Shown: in pieces, positions 54,419 to 62,889 of the stretch | Numbering within the stretch: the first letter of the stretch is position 1 | How the letters are laid out: every line of letters starts with the position of its first letter | From: Patescibacteria group bacterium UBA924 | GTDB lineage: Bacteria; Patescibacteriota; Microgenomatia; UBA1400; PJMF01 | Assembly (NCBI GenBank): GCA_002293725.1 | Contig: DBDU01000023.1 | Location: 2,700 to 66,699 of the forward strand | Reading direction: 5' to 3' | Length of the DNA stretch: 64,000 bases | The notes under the pieces: model-generated | What the model was told of the DNA's origin: nothing | Database searches by the model: none | The model's input: the letters and a program-made list of their open reading frames with translations, nothing else | Translations under genes and position numbers: made by a program

Positions 54419-55471
54419 TTATCTAGTACTACCGCCGCGTTGTCGAATATAAAGTGGATCAAAAATGATGGCTTGTTCTTGAATCGTTCTCATGAGTAGC
54501 TCGAGCTTACTTTGATCATCCCCACTGGCAGTTATGATCTGTCGACAACGCAGACATGCTTCGGTCGGCATCATCCAGTTACAGTATCGGTCTAGCGGAT
54601 TTTCGTCAAGTGGATGGACGTCAATAAACACATCTAACAAGGTCAGGCCTCGTTCTTCATAGCGCTCATAATGGGTATAGCCACTTCTGAACTTCCAACG
54701 ATAGCTAGGGTCAAGGAATGAGCGGAAACCATACTGATCTAGGATTCCCGACATCACTTTTGAAAGTGCGGCACGAACCTTATAGCTGTACTCATTCATT
54801 AGCGGAATTAATGCTTCGGCAAGTTGCCTATCTTTAGCTAGCATCTCAAACCAAAAACGATCAAGCTCGATTCCTTCTAAATAAGGTAAGAAAACGGCTT
54901 GTTCTGTTCCCCCCAAGGGTTCGAGGGTATTAACACACGCCAACCCGGTAGTGGCTGCGACTTCAGGACTAAGGTGCTCGGTGGCGATGTGCAGTTGATC
55001 AAGAAGGGCGGCCATTTCCCAGCCGCGTAGTGCGCCCTTTTTCAGAAATAATTTTTCGACCGCTTGGATGTTTGCTTGGGTAGATGTTGAACTTTCTCCC
55101 CTTTTTCTTTCCCTTAAGATTTCCCACCAGCTTTTTTTTTGAAAGGGAGCGTCATCAACAATTGAGACTCTTCCGTCCTCATTTTGCACAGCCGAGAGTC
55201 GTTGCCCGTTCAGCTGTCGCTCAACTGCGCCTTGCAGTACCCGTCGTTTTGTCTCTCGGTCGACTGCACGCAAGAACTCTTGGCCAGCAGTGGTGAGCAC
55301 TGCCATCTTCGGGGCTTTGTGAAAGAGAGCTGAGTGAGTTTCAGGTTCGGTAGCCTGTGAGGCCCAAATGCGGCCAGCTTGATCTCGATCAATAGCCCAA
55401 GGCCTGGGGGCATGTTCAGTATGCCTCCCAGGCTTCTTGGACGACTCATGTTCAACTGTAACCATAGGCAA
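54419..55471 (-). CDS. Hypothetical protein (350 aa) in an operon with the Cas4-like nuclease.
   Basis: Ends 7 nt before the nuclease start. No recognisable domain. Contains an A9 coding homopolymer (55132-55140 on the + strand). Confidence 0.45.
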   Translation of the reverse strand: MPMVTVEHESSKKPGRHTEHAPRPWAIDRDQAGRIWASQATEPETHSALFHKAPKMAVLTTAGQEFLRAVDRETKRRVLQGAVERQLNGQRLSAVQNEDGRVSIVDDAPFQKKSWWEILRERKRGESSTSTQANIQAVEKLFLKKGALRGWEMAALLDQLHIATEHLSPEVAATTGLACVNTLEPLGGTEQAVFLPYLEGIELDRFWFEMLAKDRQLAEALIPLMNEYSYKVRAALSKVMSGILDQYGFRSFLDPSYRWKFRSGYTHYERYEERGLTLLDVFIDVHPLDENPLDRYCNWMMPTEACLRCRQIITASGDDQSKLELLMRTIQEQAIIFDPLYIRQRGGSTR

Positions 55472-55472
55472 G

Positions 55473-57296
55473 CTAGCGTGCTTTTGTCTCGATTTCTTTC
55501 TTCATCTGCTCGATGAGCTTGGAGAGACGGAGCAAGCCAAGGTCTTTATTTCCGCGTTGGCGAACACTAATGGTTTGATCTTCCACTTCTTGTTTGCCAA
55601 TAATAATCATATACGGTACTTTTTCTTTCTCAGCACGACGAATACGCTTCTGCATGCTCTCGGCTTCATTCCAGTTCTCCACTCTGATGTTAGCTGCTTT
55701 GAGCTCTGCTACCAGCGACTCAGCATACTCATGCTGATCTTGAGAGATAGGAATGACAACGGCTTGCACAGGTGCTAGCCAAAGTGGGAACGCCCCACCA
55801 AACTTCTCAATCAAGAAAGCCATGATGCGCTCAATTGCACCGATTGACGAACGATGAATCACAATTGGCTCTTCTTCCTTGCCTTCCTCGTTGATGTACT
55901 TCAACTCAAAACGTTTAGGCATGACAAAGTCATACTGGACGGTAAATGCTGTCTCTTCTTTGCCATGAACGTTCTTCATCTGGACATCGATCTTTGGTCC
56001 GTAGAAAGCGGCTTCTTGCTCGGCTTCTACATAGATAGATTGACGCTCTTTGAGTACTTTACGTAGGACTTCTTCGGCAAAGTCCCAAGAGGCATCATCT
56101 TTGTAGTACTTCTTGTCATCGGCACGATCTCCCAAAGAGAGGCGGAAGTGATAGTCGTCACCCGCTTTGAGCCCCCATAGCCCTGCAACGTACTCAATGA
56201 GATCCAAGACAGCATTAATTTCTTGGTTAGCTTGGCTCTTGCGGGCAATGATGTGGGCATCTGCCAAACAGAACGTTCGTACGCGCATTAAGCCAGTTAA
56301 CTCGCCTGATTTTTCGTAGCGATACAACTGAGCTAGCTCGGCCAACCGCATTGGCAGCTCTTTGTAGCTATGTGGCTGTGACTTATAGATCTCAAAATGA
56401 TGCGGACACGTCATTGGCCGCAACATGAACTCTTCGTCATCGATCTTGATTGGGGCGTACATTGTTTCTTTGTAGTACGGATAGTGACCCGATGTTTTGT
56501 ACAGGTCCAGTAACGCCAAGTCTGGGGTATTAACGTGTAAGTATCCTCGTTTAATCTCCTCATCAACAACAAATCTCTCTAACTCACGACGAACGGTGGC
56601 GCCTTTTGGAGTCCAGAGTGGCAACCCTTTGCCGATCAGGTCGGAAAACGTAAAGAGGCCAAGTTCTGCACCCAGTTTGCGATGATCGTTTTGTTTGGCT
56701 CGCTCCAGCTGTTCAAGATACGCATCAAGCTCTTCTTGAGAGTTAAACGCCGTTCCATAGATACGCGTTAACATCTTGTTTTTCTCATCGCCATGCCAGT
56801 AGGCTCCTGCCACTGAAAGTAGCTTGAAAGCTTTAATTGCGCCCGTCGACTCTGCGTGTGGTCCACTGCACAGATCCACCATCGAACCTTTTTCGCCAGG
56901 TTTGCCTGTCCAGTAAATCGTCACTTTTTCACCGCGTTTTTCGATCTCATCCACCCACTCCATCTTGTAAGGGTTGTCGCCAAACAGTTTGCGAGCTTCT
57001 GCTGGAGAGACCTCTTGGCAGATCATGGGTAAGTTACGCTTAATAATCTCCCGCATCCGTTTTTCAATCTTCGGGAAGTTGGCTTCGGAGATAACTACTT
57101 TCACGCCTTCTTTGGGACTGCCATCAAAGTCAAAGTAAAAACCGTCTTCGGTAGCTGGTCCCATCGCTAAGAGAATCTCTGGATAGAGCTCCTTAACGGC
57201 TTGATGCAAAACGTGCTCTGCAGTATGACGAACTGCCCAGAGTTGTTGCTCTTTTGCTGACTTCTGGCTCAGTGCTTCGTCCAGTTTTTGTGACAT
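55473..57296 (-). CDS. thrS: Threonyl-tRNA synthetase lacking the N-terminal TGS (N1) domain but retaining the N2 editing domain.
   Basis: HTAEHVLHQA (HxxxH) and DLCSGPHAEST (CxxxH) editing motifs. Class II core (motif 2 FRLSLGDR-region, motif 3 HRSSIGAIERIMAFLIE). C-terminal anticodon-binding domain. 607 aa. Confidence 0.9.
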   Translation of the reverse strand: MSQKLDEALSQKSAKEQQLWAVRHTAEHVLHQAVKELYPEILLAMGPATEDGFYFDFDGSPKEGVKVVISEANFPKIEKRMREIIKRNLPMICQEVSPAEARKLFGDNPYKMEWVDEIEKRGEKVTIYWTGKPGEKGSMVDLCSGPHAESTGAIKAFKLLSVAGAYWHGDEKNKMLTRIYGTAFNSQEELDAYLEQLERAKQNDHRKLGAELGLFTFSDLIGKGLPLWTPKGATVRRELERFVVDEEIKRGYLHVNTPDLALLDLYKTSGHYPYYKETMYAPIKIDDEEFMLRPMTCPHHFEIYKSQPHSYKELPMRLAELAQLYRYEKSGELTGLMRVRTFCLADAHIIARKSQANQEINAVLDLIEYVAGLWGLKAGDDYHFRLSLGDRADDKKYYKDDASWDFAEEVLRKVLKERQSIYVEAEQEAAFYGPKIDVQMKNVHGKEETAFTVQYDFVMPKRFELKYINEEGKEEEPIVIHRSSIGAIERIMAFLIEKFGGAFPLWLAPVQAVVIPISQDQHEYAESLVAELKAANIRVENWNEAESMQKRIRRAEKEKVPYMIIIGKQEVEDQTISVRQRGNKDLGLLRLSKLIEQMKKEIETKAR

Positions 57297-57344
57297 ACGT
57301 TCCTCTCTGCCTATGGCAGCTATTGTACTTGATCTCTAAACCTG

Positions 57345-57376
57345 TAGACAAACAAAAACCCCTCCGTGAGGAGGGG
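57345..57376 (-). terminator. Intrinsic-terminator-type hairpin in the thrS 5' leader region (minus strand).
   Basis: Stem CCCCTCC/GGAGGGG with a GTGA loop. The minus strand reads hairpin then TTTTTGTTTGT. It lies about 60 nt upstream of the thrS ATG. No minus-strand CDS upstream. Confidence 0.55.
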
Positions 57377-57500
57377 CTTGGATGCTACGTTTTAGATTCC
57401 GCTTACATCAAAACCCCACCTCAGTTGTGGTGGTTGTAGTTTGAGTGGTAGCGGTGTGTGAATTTCTTAACACGAGAAGAGATTATACAATATCGCGGAT

Positions 57501-58976
57501 ATGAAGTGGACATTGCCTGGATTATGGTTGGGATACTTGCTGCTGATGGCTTTTTTGCTGTGGTTAGGCACAGGGATTTTTTTTACTGATCCTTACTTCC
57601 AGTGGACTCGAGTTACCAGTCCATATAAGACAGTGATTGATGAACACGGAGTGATTAAGTTGGAAGAAGTACACACTCCTACTTTTAGAACTGACTGGTT
57701 TTCAAGGATGACTGCACTCACTCGTACGGGTTTGCGAATTGTGATGTACCGATGGTTGCCGGAGCCTAGTTTGGGAAGGACTGAAACAGAAGTAGTCCAG
57801 CAGCTTCATCAACTTCGATTTAATCCTGAGAAACCGTATGTCATTACTGGGGCTCATTACTCCGACCTCTATGTGCGCAACCTAGGCATTTTTTTTAATG
57901 AGCTGCTTAATCCAGCCATCGGGACCGAAGAAGATCTCCTACTCAGGCGCCGGATTGCTTTACAAACAGTGGCTCTGGATGTGGCTTACTTACGTGCTAA
58001 CGGTAAGTTGGTAACGACGATTGTGCCACTAGGTGGAAGTCAGTTTACGGGACTGAACATTTATGCTGAGCCGTCAGACTCTCTACATGGGGTTCTGTAT
58101 ACGCTCCAAACGTTGCGCCAGTCGGCTCCCAGCAGACCCACTGCTTTAAAACTTGTTCATGATAATAAAGTTGCGTTGCAGCAAGAACTGCACCGTTATC
58201 TGCTGACAGTGATTGACCCAGAAACACTTGTAGTACGTAGAGACGTGGTGTTGTCAGGTGCTAGAGATGGAGTAAAACGCCAGGCTGCTTTCTTTGACAG
58301 CGTTATTGCCTGGAAGACGGTGAGCTTGGCGCGTCAACTTGACCTGGTTGACGAAGCGACGTGGCCAGTAGAGTTACGACCCTTGTTAGATGAGGATAGC
58401 TGGAAAGAGAAGATCATTGCGCAGTACTGGCAGGAAGACAAAGGTTACTTTGCTAATGACCTTAGTGATACGACTGATCGTCCTTTTGGTGGAGATAGTT
58501 TAGTAGCATTCTCTACTGGCTTTTTAAATCCTAAAAAACCCCAGGACTTGGCAAAGCTGCAACGCATGGTTGCCCATATTCAACAAGAAAAGTTAGATCA
58601 ACCATTTCCCCTGGGTTACTCTCGTTCTAATACCCAAAATGAGATGCACTTAACGGTTAAGGTATTTGCACCTGGCTATATGGGCGAGGGCATTTGGAGT
58701 CATTGGGGAATTGAGTACATTAAGGTCTTATTGGCATTGAGCCAAACTCGGACTGAACACGCGTGTCGGTACTTGGGTCAGGCAAGGGACTTCCTGGCTA
58801 AGTATGAACAGAACATTATCCAGTCAGGTGGATATCCAGAGTTGTACCAGAAAAATGGTCAACTTTTTCAGACGCTAGCGCTTCGTTCCGTTCTCCACTC
58901 TGGTTGGGTAGTCAACTACGAAGCGGCGCAAGTAGTAGCAAAACGATACTTGAGTACGACTAGCTGCCAATTTTGA
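57501..58976 (+). CDS. Hypothetical exported or membrane-anchored protein (491 aa).
   Basis: N-terminal hydrophobic segment WLGYLLLMAFLLWLGTGIFF. Large, mostly helical C-terminal domain. Family not recognised. Confidence 0.5.
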   Translation: MKWTLPGLWLGYLLLMAFLLWLGTGIFFTDPYFQWTRVTSPYKTVIDEHGVIKLEEVHTPTFRTDWFSRMTALTRTGLRIVMYRWLPEPSLGRTETEVVQQLHQLRFNPEKPYVITGAHYSDLYVRNLGIFFNELLNPAIGTEEDLLLRRRIALQTVALDVAYLRANGKLVTTIVPLGGSQFTGLNIYAEPSDSLHGVLYTLQTLRQSAPSRPTALKLVHDNKVALQQELHRYLLTVIDPETLVVRRDVVLSGARDGVKRQAAFFDSVIAWKTVSLARQLDLVDEATWPVELRPLLDEDSWKEKIIAQYWQEDKGYFANDLSDTTDRPFGGDSLVAFSTGFLNPKKPQDLAKLQRMVAHIQQEKLDQPFPLGYSRSNTQNEMHLTVKVFAPGYMGEGIWSHWGIEYIKVLLALSQTRTEHACRYLGQARDFLAKYEQNIIQSGGYPELYQKNGQLFQTLALRSVLHSGWVVNYEAAQVVAKRYLSTTSCQF

Positions 58977-59003
58977 CGAACTTTGTTACAATACGTACTC
59001 TGA

Positions 59004-59080
59004 GACCGCGTAGCTCAGTTGGTTAGAGCGCCACATTGACATTGTGGAGGCCAGGGGTTCGAGTCCCTTCGCGGTCACCA
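59004..59080 (+). tRNA. tRNA-Val, anticodon GAC, with CCA encoded.
   Basis: Acceptor GACCGCG/CGCGGTC, D-arm GCTC..GAGC, anticodon stem CCACA/TGTGG with loop TTGACAT (GAC), T-arm AGGGG-TTCGAGT-CCCTT, discriminator A, CCA. Confidence 0.9.
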
Positions 59081-59100
59081 GTTCTGTATACTGACTGCAG

Positions 59101-60501
59101 ATGCAGTTTCCCATCTCAAACCAAAAACGTAATCTTGCTTGGCATAACTTTGCTGTTGTACTGTGCGGTCTTTTTACGTTGGCAGCGATCTTGGTCTCTT
59201 TACATCGATTCTGGCAGTACGAGACGCAGTACTACGACTTCGGTATCTTTGATACGGCAATTCGAAAGGTAGCAAAGTTTCAGCCACCAACCATTGACCA
59301 CTTCATTGTTGAAGATAAGTTGATTTGGGCGGATCACTTTCACCCAGCTATCTTTTTATTAAGCCCTCTGTACTGGTTTACTTCTCGGAGTGAAGTTCTT
59401 CTGATCGTTCAAGCTGTGGCTGTAGGAATGAGTGGATATGTGCTTTATCGGACTGCTCAGTTCGTGCTCAAAGATAACCTCCTTAGTTTAGCTGTTTTGG
59501 TCTCTTACTTGCTCTTCGTCGGTTTACAAAACGCACTGATTACCGACTTTCATGAGATTACGGTGGCGACTTTGCCCTTAATGTTGACGTACTGGGCAGT
59601 ACTTACCGAACGGAAACGATGGTTCGTCTTCTTTTTTGTCTTGACGTTGGCCTTTAAAGAGCTGCTCTTTCCGCTTGGCTTGGGTTTGTCGTTGTTTGTT
59701 TATCTTTATCGACCCAGCTGGAAAAAATTAGCCGCTTTGGCAGCGGGTTACTCTGTGTTGTGGGGGGTGGTGACGATGAAAGTAATCATTCCTTACTTCT
59801 CGGGTGGACTTTATCAGTATGCACCAAAGGCAACTTCACTTGGTGAGTTAGTCGGGCAGCTATTCTCACCCATGATCAAGCTTAAAACGACTTTTCAAAT
59901 CTTTTGGAGCTTCTTGTTTTTACCGCTCCTCTATTTGCCTACCCTGCCGATTATTTTCTTGAATTTAGGAATGCGTTTTATCTCAGGGAGCAACAATCAT
60001 TGGGATCTGGGTTTTCATTACAATGCGGAGTTGGCACCAACCCTTGCAATCAGTACCGTACTTGCACTAAGTCTGCTGCAAAAGAAACTACCCAAGCCTG
60101 TGGTGGTTGGTGTGGCAGGATTGCTGATTCTGAATAGTTTAGTGCTTTATCGTTTTGTGTTGCGAGGTCCGTTAGCCCTCGCCTATAACCCCGCTTTTTA
60201 TGCTCACACTCAAAACTTTAGGTACTTGGATGAGTTAGTGGCTCGTGTTCCAGCTGGCAAAAGTGTAATGACTCAAAATAACTTAGCGCCTCGATTTACT
60301 GATCGGCACGTCAAGCTTTTACGAGCAAACTATCAGGACTATCAACCCGAAATCATTGTGCTTGATCTTCGGGATGGCCAGAATCCCAACAACTTTATGG
60401 GGGTGCCAGACATTCAAGAAGTGCTGCAACGTATTCAGGTTGACCCAGCCTATACTGTTCTCTATCAAGAAGGTCAGCGCTACATCTTTGCGCGAAAGTA
60501 A
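59101..60501 (+). CDS. DUF2079-like polytopic membrane protein.
   Basis: 466 aa. About 11 TM helices. N-terminal YYDFGIFDTAI motif characteristic of the DUF2079 family, as I recall it. Confidence 0.5.
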   Translation: MQFPISNQKRNLAWHNFAVVLCGLFTLAAILVSLHRFWQYETQYYDFGIFDTAIRKVAKFQPPTIDHFIVEDKLIWADHFHPAIFLLSPLYWFTSRSEVLLIVQAVAVGMSGYVLYRTAQFVLKDNLLSLAVLVSYLLFVGLQNALITDFHEITVATLPLMLTYWAVLTERKRWFVFFFVLTLAFKELLFPLGLGLSLFVYLYRPSWKKLAALAAGYSVLWGVVTMKVIIPYFSGGLYQYAPKATSLGELVGQLFSPMIKLKTTFQIFWSFLFLPLLYLPTLPIIFLNLGMRFISGSNNHWDLGFHYNAELAPTLAISTVLALSLLQKKLPKPVVVGVAGLLILNSLVLYRFVLRGPLALAYNPAFYAHTQNFRYLDELVARVPAGKSVMTQNNLAPRFTDRHVKLLRANYQDYQPEIIVLDLRDGQNPNNFMGVPDIQEVLQRIQVDPAYTVLYQEGQRYIFARK

Positions 60502-60742
60502 TTTTTTTCCCGAGTTGAAAACCAAAATCCGCAGCCTATAATTCGAGGTCTGTCCGAGATATCTCCGCTCTGCACAAATAGAGCATATGCACTTTATTCT
60601 GTAAGAGCGAAGAATCGCCCTTTCACATCAAGACACAATAGCCGAAAGGCTATCCACTGTGGGTAGTGAAGAAGACCTCACTGCGTCGCCGCGACATCTC
60701 ACTTTGTATCTCGAGTTGCATCACACTTAAAGGAGTGGAGAT

Positions 60743-61636
60743 ATGCAATCAGGATTACCCCAAAACCATGTCATCGCCCGACGCGAAGCTGCACAGCAAG
60801 AACAGCAGCAACGCCAAATCAAAGTTCGTCTTTATGCAGAGGCGAATACCGTCTATGTGGAACTCGCGTACCAAGAATGGCTGCGCCAATTTGGACGTGA
60901 GGACACTCCAGAAAGCTTTGCGCTGTTCGCCGACGCTGTATCTGGAAACCCCCAGAACTGGCAGCACGTCCAGCACATTTACACACTCTCATACGCTGAG
61001 GCGCTCCAGCGCTTGGGTGTGACAGAGTGGCCCCAACTTGGACGGCAGCTACGGCCTACGACGCTGCCCTCTTCGCCCCAAACCACAAGTGAAGCAACAG
61101 GGGCATCTCCGCCGAAACGTCGAGTTAAAGAAATACGAAGCGAAGCCGTCAAGTTTCAGATGGTCGAGTTCTTTGAGACCGAGCCGGGACAGTGGGCGTT
61201 CCTGTTCTTCTTTATTATCCTGACGTTGATTGATTTAATCACCAACGTTTGGATGTTGACCGGTCGCCTAGAGCTGGACGACGCTATCGCCAGTGCGAGT
61301 ATTTGGCACTGGCTACTGGGCTTCGTGCTGGTTTTCACGGAGATGTACTTTGCCATGGCGCGGGCGCTCATCAAACGCGCTGGCAAAGTGGAGGCTTCTC
61401 AGCGGCTAATTTTGTACGGCATGTTGGTAGCCACCATCATCGCGGTCCTGTATGACTTGGCGGCGACTTTCCTGCCCCCTTACAACCTGCTGGCGGCAAA
61501 TGGCGATCCGGCATCCATTATCGGTGGCATCGTGCTGGGCACGTTGCTGGCAGTGGTCACGACAGTCGGCTCCAGCAAGCTGTTCGAGCAGATCTTCATC
61601 TGCATTGAGCTGCGTCGTCAGGCTCGTCGTGGGTAA
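60743..61636 (+). CDS. Hypothetical protein: a Gln-rich soluble N-terminal half and a C-terminal four-TM domain. GC-rich.
   Basis: 297-aa ORF with a GGAG RBS. About 54% GC with GC3-biased codons, unlike its neighbours. Confidence 0.45.
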   Translation: MQSGLPQNHVIARREAAQQEQQQRQIKVRLYAEANTVYVELAYQEWLRQFGREDTPESFALFADAVSGNPQNWQHVQHIYTLSYAEALQRLGVTEWPQLGRQLRPTTLPSSPQTTSEATGASPPKRRVKEIRSEAVKFQMVEFFETEPGQWAFLFFFIILTLIDLITNVWMLTGRLELDDAIASASIWHWLLGFVLVFTEMYFAMARALIKRAGKVEASQRLILYGMLVATIIAVLYDLAATFLPPYNLLAANGDPASIIGGIVLGTLLAVVTTVGSSKLFEQIFICIELRRQARRG

Positions 61637-61649
61637 GTTGTGTTTTGAA

Positions 61650-61682
61650 GTAAAGAAAAAGACCCTACCGTTGTGTAGGGTC
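61650..61682. terminator. Bidirectional terminator hairpin between convergent genes.
   Basis: Perfect 9-bp stem AGACCCTAC/GTAGGGTCT with a CGTTGT loop. The minus strand reads hairpin then TTTTTCTTTACTT. The plus strand reads hairpin then TTGAGT. Confidence 0.65.
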
Positions 61683-61696
61683 TTTGAGTATAGAGA

Positions 61697-62125
61697 TTAT
61701 TTGCTCACAATTTTGTACTTGTATAGATGGCGGTGTTCTTCGTCTTCAATATGAACAGTGTCAGATCCATACTCTTTAATTGTGAATCGGTAGCCGGAGC
61801 CCACACCAGTGACATAGGAACTATCAAGCGCATGAATATCTACTTTTTCAGCTGGACGCTCTTCAGTCATCATGACGGTTCCGTGTTTAATAATGGGAGC
61901 TGAGTTTTTGACGTTGTATCGGTTACCTTCGTCTAGATAAATGTCTAACCGTTCCGTTGAGATCTCCCGAACGGCAAAGTAACGCTTTTTACGCAGTTGA
62001 TTATCTTCGTCGTATGTTTCGACGACGAAAGTTTTATTCGTGATCGGTTTTTGGGAAGAGTGAACTTTCCACGAGTAGTAGATGTTATAAATCAAAGCAA
62101 GGCTAGCGCGTTCAAATCCAGTCAT
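61697..62125 (-). CDS. Hypothetical protein (142 aa).
   Basis: ORF followed by a strong terminator. No family recognised. Confidence 0.4.
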   Translation of the reverse strand: MTGFERASLALIYNIYYSWKVHSSQKPITNKTFVVETYDEDNQLRKKRYFAVREISTERLDIYLDEGNRYNVKNSAPIIKHGTVMMTEERPAEKVDIHALDSSYVTGVGSGYRFTIKEYGSDTVHIEDEEHRHLYKYKIVSK

Positions 62126-62170
62126 ATACGTATTTTACCTTATGAAAGGAAGCTGTGTCCGAAAGAAAGG

Positions 62171-62791
62171 TTAACCACCTGCACGAGCAAGTTGTCGTTC
62201 GTGGTGCATGGTATCCCAAACATTTTTAGTCTGAGAGTGACCTTTAGCCTTAAAGTTAAGGCCCGCTTGTTTAGACTTTTTGCCACTCAACGTAGTAGCC
62301 CAAGTGCGTGCACTGTGAACTTTTTGTCGAATTAAAATGATGAACTCTTTAAGCTTGGCAAAGTACCCTTTGGCTCCTTTTCCAGACTCACCTACTTCAA
62401 CGATGTTACTCATCACTGCGACTTCAATATCTTTAGCGAAGCCATCGAGCTCTTTGGTCAGCAACTCTAACTCATGACGAATAGCTTCAAGCTCTTGTTT
62501 AACTTGTTGTTTTCGAGAGTCAAAAATGTCTTTTTGGTCAACGGGATTTACTCTGCGATGGAGTTCTTGGCGCATTCTTTCACGGCGCTGTTGCTCCAAA
62601 ACTTGACGTTGCTGTTCGGCGGGATTGAAGATTTCTTGAGAGGATTTTTTTTCTGTCGAAGGAGTATTTTCTTGTGTCGGCATGCCATCATCTTGACCCA
62701 TAGCACCTCTAGCCTCAGCGAGCGCTCTCGCGAAAGGGTTGACGCCACTTGGTTGTGGTCGATGTGCTGATGGGTGACCGTGCGTTTGCAT
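62171..62791 (-). CDS. Hypothetical coiled-coil protein (206 aa).
   Basis: ORF with a Gln/Arg/Glu-rich predicted coiled coil. No family recognised. Confidence 0.4.
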   Translation of the reverse strand: MQTHGHPSAHRPQPSGVNPFARALAEARGAMGQDDGMPTQENTPSTEKKSSQEIFNPAEQQRQVLEQQRRERMRQELHRRVNPVDQKDIFDSRKQQVKQELEAIRHELELLTKELDGFAKDIEVAVMSNIVEVGESGKGAKGYFAKLKEFIILIRQKVHSARTWATTLSGKKSKQAGLNFKAKGHSQTKNVWDTMHHERQLARAGG

Positions 62792-62889
62792 CTATTTTCC
62801 TACACAAACAACACCTTCAAGGAAGGCTGCTGATATTATAGGCCTAAATACTCGAGGTGTCAACTATATTGAAGTATAGCGCACTTTCT

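Noticed and set aside
57297-57500. T-box riboswitch upstream of thrS.
   Set aside because: The leader is only about 200 nt including the hairpin. I could not find the conserved T-box sequence or a specifier-loop arrangement. It is kept only as a generic attenuator candidate.
59004-62880. Integrated mobile element at tRNA-Val.
   Set aside because: No integrase, recombinase or transposase gene. No obvious direct repeat of the tRNA 3' end. Only composition and unknown-function genes hint at it.
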